The notes beneath the pieces are model-generated. The model was not told the origin of the DNA and ran no database searches. It was given only the letters and a program-made list of their open reading frames with translations. Positions 53,350 to 64,000 of a stretch of 64,000 bases of DNA are shown one piece after another (positions within the stretch are counted from its first letter, which is position 1; each line of letters starts with the position of its first letter). The translations under genes were made by a program, and so were the position numbers. This DNA comes from Eledone cirrhosa (lineage: Eukaryota): contig OZ024743.1 in the NCBI GenBank assembly GCA_964016885.1, positions 358,546,001-358,610,000 of the forward strand, written 5' to 3'.

Positions 53350-53686
53350 ATCAGTGAACGACCAAGCATAGACGAGTTGAGAAAGAAACTGGATGTAAGA
53401 GGGATAAGTTGTGGTGTGCAGGAGAGAAGGCTGAGATGGTATGGAAATGTGATGCGCATGGAGGATGACCGCTGGGTAAAGAAGTGCCAAGAAATCCCAG
53501 TAGAAGGAAGACACAGTAGAGGTAGACCACGTAAAACATGGGTGGAGGTGGTGAGAGCAGACCTCAGATCGCTGAAACTCACCGAGGAGATGAAGAAGGA
53601 ACGTGACAAGTGGAGGGATGCTGTGCTGAATAGGACCCATCCAACCCTTGCAAGCAGGGAAAAGCGGACGTAAAATGATGATGATT
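53350..53686 (+). mobile_element. RTE LINE 3' end
   Basis: LRKKLDVRGISCGVQERRLRWYGNVMRMEDDRWVKKC...RGRPRKTW; (atg)n tail. Confidence 0.85.
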
Positions 53687-54313
53687 AGGGTGTTGGATTA
53701 AATGCCTTGGTATACCTTCCACTCTGTGTTCTGAGTCCAAATCCTGCAGAAGTCAACTTTGCTTTTCATCCTTGGTGGTGATGGTGGGTAGGTGTAGTTA
53801 GGGCATAAATAAAGTACTAACTTAGGGTCAGTGGTCTGGCAGAATTGTTAAAGTCAGATGGGATACTTTTCTAGCTCTAAGTTTTTAGTTCAAGTACCAC
53901 CTCTTGTGGAAAAGCAGACACTATCAGCAATGCTAAGACAAATGAAAATGTAGTTTCCTTAGTCTAATCTGATAATCGGTCATTTCACTTCTTTTAATGG
54001 CGACTGTGAAGAAAAACTTTTTTCTATTTTTTACTTTTTCCAAAGTCCCCATACAATAATGGATAGTTAATCCAAAAGATTTTGGGAATATTAAATTGCT
54101 AAGTTAACTTTCAGTTCTTTCTTCCTTTTATTTTATTTTCTCTTTACATTCCCTTCTGACTAATTCTAACCCACATGCGTTTCACAGTTTTCTAAATAAA
54201 CAGTTTTTATTTTTGTTATTTTTTCATCTTGATGTTCTGCAACTATTGTCATTTTGTTAATATGCCCTGATGAAGTTAGCTACTTCATCTAGTCACATAT
54301 TGTATAATATAGT

Positions 54314-54448
54314 TTCTACTTTTGGCACAAGGCCAGCGATTACCCCAGTGCATCACTGGTACTTAATTTTATCAACCTCGTAAGGATGAAAGGTAAAGTT
54401 AACCTCAGTGGATTTGAACTCGGAACGCAAAGGGTTATACCATATTAT
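54314..54448 (-). mobile_element. Truncated MetaSINE-like SINE with TSD
   Basis: Direct repeat acatattgtataatatagt at 54295-54313 and 54449-54467. Confidence 0.8.
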
Positions 54449-54969
54449 ACATATTGTATAATATAGTATTTATCGAGCAAGTATTGCAGAAACATCTGTA
54501 GGAATTAATGATTTAACCTCAGCTATTGTTTTTACTTGTAATCATACTGTGTAACTACCGCACTTGAAAAAATAAGTACTGGGATCGATATAATCGACTA
54601 AAGGGTGGTGTCCTAGCATGGTTACAGTTTAATGCCCTAAACAAGTATGAGAGAAAAATGAAAACAAAAATATAACTAAACAAAATAAAAAAAAGATAAA
54701 AACATAAGCATGAGGAAACAATGTAAAGTGGGGGTGATAAGAGCATTAGTCCCATGCAGGCATAGTTATTAATCATTTTGTCATGTCTATCAGTTCTATA
54801 AAGGTTGGAATCCTGTTGTTAAAAGACAGATAATGCAATGTTGAAAGACAGATAATGTTAAAAGACAGATAATGACATGGGTGGTAAATGCTGAAGCTGG
54901 AGAGAAATGAAGCAAACATGCTCTGTTGAATGTGTAATGTTGCTGTATGCCAAAAGTAGAAACAGTTAT

Positions 54970-55277
54970 TATGCATGAACGATGGAGGTGTGGATTAACT
55001 GAAGAGAAAAACTGGATATAAAAGGAATCAGATTTAGTGTAAAGAGAGAAAACTGTGCTAGTATGAACATGTGATGCATATGGATGATGATCTCTGGGTG
55101 AAGTGGCAGGAGATACCAGTAGAAGGAAGCTACAGTAGTGGAAGAACTAGGCAGAGGTAATTAGAACCAATCTCAAAACAGTGAACCTCACAGAGGAGAT
55201 GACCAAGCAAGGTTGTGCTGGAGAGGACCCATCAAAGCCAAGCAAGTATGGAACAGCAGATGTAAAATGATGATGAA
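54970..55277 (+). mobile_element. Decayed RTE LINE 3' end
   Basis: Similar to 53350-53686; atgatgatga tail. Confidence 0.65.
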
Positions 55278-57426
55278 TATTAATCCAGATTACATGTAAT
55301 AAAGTTTTTACTGTGGTTGTAGTCATAAAAGCTGATGGAGTTTATCTCTAATTACCTATTATTGTAAAGCATACTCAGGGTTTACAGTATAAATAAGATG
55401 AACTCTAAAAGATAAAGAATCGGAAAGAAAAGGAGACTATAAACATATGGAGAAATTTTCTTCATTTAATTTCTATTTTTCCATGCATGGCTTTGACCAG
55501 TGTCATGTTATAAAACAAGTCAAACCACATCTTAATCATACAGATCTGTATTTTGGCTTGGTTTCTATGGTTGGATGCCCTTCCTAATGCCAACCATGTT
55601 AATGTGGACTGAGTGCTGTTTATCATTGTACCAAAACGACTTAACAGTGGATCATGTCACTATCATGACTACCTTATTGGGTGCTTTTTTAAAAATTGAT
55701 ATTGAAATAAATAAAATTTAAAAAATATGAATACAAAAAAACAATTGTGTTAAAATCTATAATTAGATCATTATAGAAACCTAAATTCGTCAGTAAAGTA
55801 TATATATAGTGCATGACACCTGAGATAGGTTAAGGTGACAAAATCAGTAAACACTGATAATGATACACTAATACTGTGTAGAGCTGACAAACTATTTTCA
55901 AACACTAAGCCTACTCAAAAACTTTTAATCCGGCTGTAACCGGCCACTCATACTGATGTTAAGATATTGTTCTCAAAATAAATAATATGGAAATCTCATA
56001 CATTCGATATTATGTAAGGTAAAGCTTTACTGTGAAAATATTGAATAATGTAAATGCTAAAGCGTTAAAGATAAAAAATAATGAATAGATCACTGACACT
56101 GCTTTAAAAGTGTCCATCCAATCTAAAACATGTTAGCCCAGCTCTTGCATATTTCATACTAACATACAGATATATATAAATGTTTAACTATGATTATTAT
56201 TAATGTACTTCAAATCCCGCTGAGGTTAACTCTGGTTTCATCCTTATGGAGTCAATAAAATAAAAGGCTTTGTGGCAAAAAGTAAAAAATTATTAGTGTA
56301 CATGGGTATGTAGAAATATTCTTTAGTCTACAGAAAGTGTTAAAAATCTGATAGTTGCAATTTATAATCAGCTTGTTCCGTTTATTGACTATTGTATTCT
56401 TACTTAACTAAAGGACCTATGCCATCAGCAACATTTAATTTTTGGCGGCCAGCATTCGTGTACTATATATCGTGTGTGTGTGCATATATATACATATATG
56501 GTTTATTAGTAATCAGTTTTTGTTACTAGAATCTATGAATCTTAGTAGCATGGATTGAGGACTTTCAGTATACAGTTGTTTCTGACTGAACATATGGACT
56601 TCTGCTTGAAGTTGTTCTTAGGGTGATCTTCTGAAGGTACTAATTATAATTAGACAATAAGTTACATGAAAACACCATTCATTGTACAAGAAGGAAAAGC
56701 ATTTATTGCATAATGTTTACATATGTTTCATTAATATGAGAAATTATTGCATCTAGAAAACACTAACCCGATTTCAGAAGCTCCCGCATCTTGCGACGCA
56801 CGAGGCAATCATAGTGTAGTAGTTATGTTGTTGGCTTGATGGGTGGTTATGTATAAGGTAGCCTTGTCCCATATAAAGCGCTGTATGAAATGCCGATGAA
56901 TGAACAAATAAAACATGATCGCTACTTAAATATATTTATTAATTTGGTAACCTGCTACGATGTTATTGTTGATAATGTAAAAAAACAAGGCTTGAGTTGT
57001 GGTGTATTCAAAAGATACTATTTATCGTACTTCTGTAATGTGATGATTTTTGGCCTGGCAGTGAGAGAGAAACCTAAAGGGATCTATGTAAGACAGTGGA
57101 CCACATCTTAATTGCTCGGAAAGTATCAAATTATTACTGTTCCATATGTATGTATTGATGTTATTTAGACTGCTCTACCCTGATCCAGTACGCATATGAT
57201 CAAAGTCAATCTAGTAGTGACCATCCTGTCTTTTTTTCCCATGTGTCTATGATTACGTTATCAAATTTATTTCCTTATTTGAGACAGCAGTGTATAGTTT
57301 AAGGGAAATATAGTTGCTACTTCTAACACGTAGAGCAAAAAAGCTTATGTTTATGCGTGAACAATATCGTAATTTATTAAAACAATAAAGATTTATTTAA
57401 GAGTATTTATCGGTCAGTTTGGTCTT

Positions 57427-57443
57427 CACTTCCGGTCAGCCAT
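57427..57443 (+). promoter_or_regulatory. Putative ZNF4 promoter motif
   Basis: cacttccggtcagccat (perfect ETS CCGGAAGTG on the minus strand); possible donor aag|gtgaa at ~57487. Confidence 0.62.
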
Positions 57444-58109
57444 AACACGCTGTCTCACTCTTTTCTCTGTTTCAGAGAAGACTTAAGGTGAAAAGTATAT
57501 ATGTATATATATATAGACACACACACACACACTTATGGAGATACAAAGTAATGTTGATAAGAGGGCTGTTATAGTGTAAAGGGGAGACAGGTAGTGTTAT
57601 GGCGAGGTAAGTTAACGTTTGTGTAATGTAGACAGTTATTTAGTTCCATATAAACCTTTATCCAACAGCCGTAGAATCAAGGTGTTCCAGCTCTGACTAT
57701 CAATGTTTTCAATACACACATAATGTATCTAGGTCTACATTGTCCAATGTATCCTTATTTATGACAATCGGATGGGATTCGGTTGCTATGTTTACCAACG
57801 ACGTAGAGATTTCGCGGGCGGTTTCCATCAATGTTGTCACTTTAAAGGTGTATTTAACTTATTTTTTCTGTTTCAACGGGGCTAGGTGACTATCCATTGT
57901 GATTGCCATATATGACCGGTTATTTCACTCCTATAAATTTTAAAACAACCATTTCTCTGGCGTCTGCTTTATTTAAAGGCATATATATATACACATATAT
58001 AATATATATATATACAGGGTGTATAAAAAAGAATCATCCGATTTTATATACAATTTTTACAAATGTTCAATATGTAAAATAACTTTATAAAAGAAAAAGA
58101 AGATAAATT

Positions 58110-58774
58110 TTATAGAAGACCCCATTCCATTTCATTTTGAAAAACTTTTTCGTGTGCTATCAACTCAGCTAACCTCCAAGATCAACTTTTTCCCGGAGGT
58201 CAGAGGGGGTGTGGTGGGTACCCCTCCACGGAGTTTTCTCTCCAAATTTTTTTTCGCGTGTTATCAGCGAATATGACTTCCAAACCAGTCGGAAACTACT
58301 AGATTTATAGAAAAAGTTGGGTGAAAGGTGGCGAAAAGACCATCGGAGTTTCGCCGATCTACACACTTCTCGCGTTTAGTGGGAAATAATTATCTTTCCT
58401 TGTTTTTTCCCGGATCTCCTAAATGCTTGCAAAAAAAAAAAGTCTATTGCAAGCATCTAAGAAAATCGAGGAAAGATTAATTATTTCCCTCCAAATTCGA
58501 GAGGTGAGTAGATCCGCGAAACACCGATGGTCTTTTCATCCCTTTTCAGTATAGATGTAGTCGGTTGTTTTGAGGTCCTATTCGTTAAAACGCGAAAAAC
58601 AAAAACAAAAAAAAAATCCTAGGGAAAACTCCAAGTGTGGGACAGACCCCACACCCTCCGTTCTCCAGGGGAAAAAAGTCGATTGCCAGCATCTTGGAGG
58701 TTAGATTAGTCGATAGCGCACGAAAAAATCTAAGACATTTTTTTCCCACTGAAATTGAGTGGAGTGTTCTATAA
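58110..58774. mobile_element. Foldback/MITE-like long inverted repeat
   Basis: Arms pair throughout, e.g. tttttcgtgtgctatcaactcagctaacctccaagat vs atcttggaggttagattagtcgatagcgcacgaaaaa, and gaaaagaccatcgg vs ccgatggtcttttc; centre atgcttgcaa...ttgcaagcat. Confidence 0.85.
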
Positions 58775-58778
58775 TAAT

Positions 58779-58967
58779 TGTTTCTACTTTAGGCACAAGG
58801 CCAGCAAATTACCCAGTACATTACTGCTACTTTATTTTATCGACCCCGTAAGGATGAAAGGCAAAGTTAACCTCAGCGGGATTTGAACTCAGACTGTAAA
58901 GGGACGTAACTATGCTAGAAAGCATGGCGTCCAACCCTCTACCGATACTGCCAATTCACCACAATTC
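58779..58967 (-). mobile_element. Full-length MetaSINE-like SINE with 16-bp TSD
   Basis: agtgttctataataat at 58763-58778 and 58968-58983. Confidence 0.88.
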
Positions 58968-59804
58968 AGTGTTCTATAATAATACCAAAAAGAGTAAAAC
59001 TTTATACTCAGACATGTATTGTACAAGTTACCGTATGTTTATATGGTCATTTGTTTAAAAAACAGCCTTTTTGATATATATATAGTAGAATTTGTGTTTA
59101 AAATACAGTAGTATATAAAACATTAACTAATTGAGTTCTCAATACTGGCGGAACTGGTGGAAATTTTTTACTTAGAAATATGTGCCACTGTCTCTATCAG
59201 TAAAACCAGGAACAAAATATATAGATATAGAGTTCTCTTGTTTTTAACTCAAACGTGTTGATACACTACACAGACATATACACATCTACATACACATGCC
59301 CACATGCATCTGCTGTTAAATACATACCATGTTTTCAATTACACGCTAAAGTTTATTTTCTTTAATTTCAGGACACTTGTATTGAAAAATGTGGACTTCT
59401 ATCAGACAATATGGTCATTGAACAGTGTTCAGTGAAATAAAGCAGTGTGTGGCATTTATTAAAGTTATGTGAGGGTCACAATCTGATGTAAGACACACAT
59501 TTTTAGTAGATAGTTATAACATGTGAAATCTTTCTATCATCGATATATATATATATATATGTGTGTGCATGTGTGAGTGTATGTGTGCAAGTATCTTAAA
59601 TTGACAGAAACCACATAATGGAGACAAACATTTGTCTGTGAGATATCTCAGGAAAAACATTCTAAATTCTACATCAACTGATTCTAGTTGTGAAATCTCT
59701 GTTGGAAATATCTTTTTATTGCAACAGTATTTATAAAAAAAAAAAAGAAATGGAATTATAAAGTTTGTGAAGAATCATTGTGTGTGAAAAATTTTGATTG
59801 GAAA

Positions 59805-60914
59805 ATGTTACAAATTGAGGAGAAGAAACCTTATATATGTGATGTCTGTGGAAAAATATTCTCTCATGAAGATCAATTAACAATTCATGTTCGCATTCAC
59901 ACTGGTGAAAAACCTTACCCCTGTGATATTTGTGGGAAAGCTTTCTCATGCAACAGTTACTTATCTCATCATAAACAGATACACAAAGAAAAGATACACC
60001 ACTGTGAATTTTGTGGAAAATCATTTTCTCGTACTAGGGAACTAATCTATCACATTCGTGTTCACACCAGAGAGAAGCCGTATGAATGTGATATCTGTGG
60101 GAAGGCTTTTTCACGTAATAATAAATTATCAGATCATAAACGGGTTCATAGTGGGGAAAAACCATACCAATGTGAAATTTGTGGGAAAGCATTTTCTCAA
60201 AAAAGTACATTAACAAATCATAATTATGTTCACACAGGAGAAAAACCATTCCAATGTGACATCTGTGGGAAAACATTATCTTCTAGCAGTACCCTATCAT
60301 GTCATAAACGTATCCATAAAGAAAAATTGTTCGCTTGCCAAATTTGTGATAGAAAGTTCTCTCGTAATAATGAATTAATTTATCACATACGTGTTCACAC
60401 TGGAGAGAAGCCATATGAGTGTGAAATCTGTGGGAAAGCGTTTTTGCGAAACACCAAATTGTCAGTTCATAAACGAGTCCACACAGGAGAAAAACCTTAC
60501 CACTGTGATATTTGTGGACAAACATTTGCTTGGAATAGTCAGTTAAAAATACATAAACATACACATACTGGAGAAAAACCATACAAATGTCCAACATGTG
60601 GCAAAGGATTTTCTTGTAGCAGTGGCTTATCTGATCATAAACGTGTTCACTCTGGAATAAGACCGTATAGCTGTGAGTTTTGTGGGAAAGCATTTCCTCG
60701 AAATAGTGCATTAACAGATCATAGGCGTATCCACACTGGTGAAAAACCATACCATTGTGAAATCTGTGGTAAATCATTTTCTAGTAGTAGTAGTTTATCC
60801 GGTCATAGTCATATTCACTCTGCTGAAAAAGCATTCCAATGTGAAATTTGTGGGAAAGGGTTTTCTAGAAAGAGGAATCTTTTATCTCATTATCGTGTTC
60901 ATGTAACAAAATGA
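59805..60914 (+). CDS. Poly-C2H2 zinc finger protein (ZNF4), 13 fingers
   Basis: First in-frame ATG at 59805 (MLQIEEKKPY...); intact to TGA; acceptor ttttctttaatttcag at 59371. Confidence 0.92.
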   Translation: MLQIEEKKPYICDVCGKIFSHEDQLTIHVRIHTGEKPYPCDICGKAFSCNSYLSHHKQIHKEKIHHCEFCGKSFSRTRELIYHIRVHTREKPYECDICGKAFSRNNKLSDHKRVHSGEKPYQCEICGKAFSQKSTLTNHNYVHTGEKPFQCDICGKTLSSSSTLSCHKRIHKEKLFACQICDRKFSRNNELIYHIRVHTGEKPYECEICGKAFLRNTKLSVHKRVHTGEKPYHCDICGQTFAWNSQLKIHKHTHTGEKPYKCPTCGKGFSCSSGLSDHKRVHSGIRPYSCEFCGKAFPRNSALTDHRRIHTGEKPYHCEICGKSFSSSSSLSGHSHIHSAEKAFQCEICGKGFSRKRNLLSHYRVHVTK

Positions 60915-61288
60915 TGACTATATCACTATAGAGGCTGCCACATCTATCAATGCACAATTTATTTGGAGTGAAAAGAAATGTAACACTGGAATGTTTGGGA
61001 CATTTTCTCAAAATTATCATTTCTTATATACCTTTATATTGAAAGGTTATTAGAAACAACAGGGAAAGATAAAGAATTTTAGAACGTAAAAAATATCACT
61101 GCATTGTTTTATATCCATTCTTGGTTTTATGTATTTATTTTAAAAAATTACATTGCTCTTGTAAGTGAAACATAAATGTTCTCATTCCTCAATATTGGCT
61201 CTTAAATTTGAATAATTGAAATTGTATTTTAGATGAGAGGAATTTGTGTTGGTCATTTATATAATCTGGATCTTTAGAGTGGATGTAG

Positions 61289-61620
61289 GTATAGCTGAGT
61301 GGGTAAGAAGTTTGCTTCACAGTCATGAAATCTGGTCTTGGGTTCGATCCTACTGTATGGCATTTTGGACAAATGTCTTTGCCATAGTCTCGAGTTGACC
61401 TAAACATTGTTAATGAAATTGTGTGGAAGCCTGTTGGATGGGCTGAACTTGTAATTCAAAGGTCCATATATGCTGATTCAGCTTTGGAATTACACTAACT
61501 GTACACACATCTGTGGAATATTCAACCACTTACCTCTTACTTCACGAGTTGGATGTTCGCTTGATTGAAAACTGCATGCTCATCCTTGAAACCAATGGCG
61601 GTCCATCATTTAAAGAGATG
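61289..61620 (+). mobile_element. tRNA-derived SINE (second family)
   Basis: tagctgagtgggtaagaag...gggttcgatcc; similar to 18310-18560. Confidence 0.6.
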
Positions 61621-62780
61621 TTTGTGTGTAATTTATATAAGCTGGATTTATCTAACGTGGTTCTCAAAATAGGATTTCTGTTATCACCAAAATATCAGTT
61701 GGAACTCTTGGAATATAATTGCACCAAACAAGCTAATCTTTAAATGATTATCTGTTGAGTATTTTTGAGAATAAGTAACGGGTGTAAATTATGATTAATT
61801 TTTGATAAATATTTTTCTCTATACTGTAAATAAATTTACAAGAAACAAAAATAAAAACTGGCAAACTCAACTATTTATTTGTATGAAGTGGAAAACAAAT
61901 GATGTGTTACAAAAAATACTAACTTGTGATGTATTTTGTATTTTACTTACAATCCCAGGTACACACGCAGGTCAAGTAACTACACAATTAGTGGGATAAA
62001 GAAACTCATATCATTTGGGTATGGTAATTAACACTACATCTGCTGATGTACTTAAACATTGCATTAATATTTCATCAACCTATAACACCTCTACTTAAGC
62101 ATTGTATTAATGTTTCATTAACTGCTAAAAATTCTACATTACCATATTGTCTCTTACAGGTGAAAGCAATGATGTTAAAATATCAATATTTCATATATTT
62201 TTCATAATTCCTTCAACAAAACTTGAATATATTTTCAAATAAAACAGCAAATTATTTCTTCAGCATATTTTCAGTTAGATCTTATATTACAAATATTTAT
62301 ATGTAAAAATATATTTTTTTTTAGCTCTAGGCTAACATTGATCAAAAGTATTCCAGCTGTCTTTTTAGGCCATCTAAAAATACATTATCCCATTCGCCCT
62401 TCCCCAATATTGGTGTTTTTTTTTTTGCAGGTAGGGTGTGATTTGACTGCTATCTTTAGCAGCTTGATCTCCTTTATTCACTTTAGTTATCATCTTACCT
62501 GTGATTTATAGCTGGACTCAATAGTCTGAAAAGGGAAAGAGAGCAGCTTTATCTATTTGGCTCTCTTGCTCACACTGAAATATGAAGACAAGAGCTGGTG
62601 ATCAACCTGTCATCACTGGCATTTCACAAGTGTATGAGTGCAGTCATTAACCTTTGCTGAAGGATCACTGTAACAAATTTGCTACTCAGCCAGGCTCTGA
62701 CAATACTTCCTGTATGTGATTGACATCTTATCCACCATGAAAATTCTATATTTCATTTACTTTATGCCATGAAACCAGAA

Positions 62781-63015
62781 TTAACCCTTTTGTTACCATA
62801 TTTCTAATGAAAGACACTACCTACAATTTTCAAATCATTTAAAAAATAATTAAAACTGTCTCATTATTAAACTGAAGTTTGGAACACAACTTAATAAAGG
62901 TTCTTACTTAGAATTATGATGGAAGGTTTTTAGATAAATACAAACACTAAAAAAAGAAAGCTTTATATTGTAGAACCAGTGTTGGTTTCAGACTGTTTGA
63001 TATCAGAGGGGTTAA
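62781..63015. mobile_element. piggyBac-like MITE
   Basis: TTAA-cccttttg...cagagggg-TTAA imperfect TIRs; second copy inverted at 18716. Confidence 0.5.
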
Positions 63016-64000
63016 ACGTCAGCTCATATTTATTGGTCAATTGATTCCTCACTTGCAGTGCCTATTTCATATTGTTGCATTAAAACAAGAAGGCCTTTGT
63101 TACTTTCACATGGTCTTAACTGTAGATAGGGTATCAACATGGCTCTGTGGATGAGCAGAGCAGCAGATAAGGCTAGAAAGAAGCAGAATGAATTAGTGGA
63201 GAATCATTCAGAAATATATAATGAATTACAGAGGGTGATGTGAAGAGAAATGGAATGAGATGGTTGGGAGTGATAGAAATGAATGTGGAAGGAAAATCAA
63301 TATAGATGATGGAAAAAGAAATGAAAGCCAGGTGAGGGGAAATGCAAACGATATGAAAAAATAGAGAAGCTTGTCATAGCTAACCACTGCCTTAGTAGGG
63401 AAATGTTTGTTGTTAGGGTATCAACATAGAACACTGCCAAGAATGGAATCCAACTGAATTCAAAAAGTGATTCTTAAGTGATTTACATAATTTGCTATGG
63501 TCCACTCGTCAAGTCAACAACTTCATAATTTAACTACCAATGAGAAAGCCTCTAAATAGGCACTCGATTTCCTAGAAAAAGCAACTAAATCATACTGGGA
63601 TCACAACCTAAAGTCTTTTTAAAACAGGGCACATAGGATAATGTAGTTCTAGATAATGCCATACATCATGTACATCAAACAGTTGTCGGTGACCCTACAA
63701 TCAGAAAAACGAAGGAACTGCTTCAAATTGCAGGTAAGTGACCATATATAGACAGGAATAGCTGTGTGGTTAAGGAGTTCCTTTTGCAACCTTGTAATTT
63801 GGGGCTCAAAGCCACTGCATGGAATCTTGGTCTAGTGCATATTACTATAGCCACAGGTTGACCAATGCATTGTGAATTACATTTGGTGAGTAGGAGCTGC
63901 AGAAATCTGTCGTGTACGTTTGTGTTTGTCAATATTTATTGCCAACGATTTAGCAGTTTGACAAAAAGTACCAGGCTTGAAAAAAAAAAAAAAACTAGTG

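Noticed and set aside
58013-58046. Tc1/mariner-like terminus TA-CAGGGTGTATAAAAAAGAATCATCCG
   Set aside because: No matching second TIR or transposase found in the window; too short to call

Overview
Eukaryotic, AT-rich, repeat-dense DNA. Its make-up (finger-only C2H2 genes, MetaSINE-type SINEs, RTE LINEs) suggests a coleoid cephalopod such as Octopus; this is an inference. The window is a tandem cluster of plus-strand, single-coding-exon poly-C2H2 zinc-finger genes with no recognisable effector domain. Four look intact (198, 8312, 19749, ~59805). The ZNF2+ZNF3 block is triplicated head-to-tail (units A 2682-22739, B 22740-40060, C 40061-53226), with a ~120-bp direct repeat at every junction. 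The duplicated ZNF2 copies are truncated after finger 6, and the duplicated ZNF3 copies are 5'-deleted pseudogenes. Comparing units gives empty versus filled sites for several insertions: a GC-rich RTE LINE (A only), a CR1-like LINE and a SINE (B and C), and a chimeric Gypsy element plus solo LTR (B only). Highlights: (1) a 17-bp ETS+YY1-like motif (CACTTCCGGTCAGCCAT) upstream of each ZNF gene, whose core is also in the Gypsy LTRs; (2) a GC-rich RTE that is a horizontal-transfer candidate; (3) a Gypsy insertion with an inverted LTR at one end and TG...AA termini; (4) a ~660-bp foldback element in a putative ZNF intron; (5) gene-conversion mosaicism among the units. No database searches were possible; family calls come from motif recognition.
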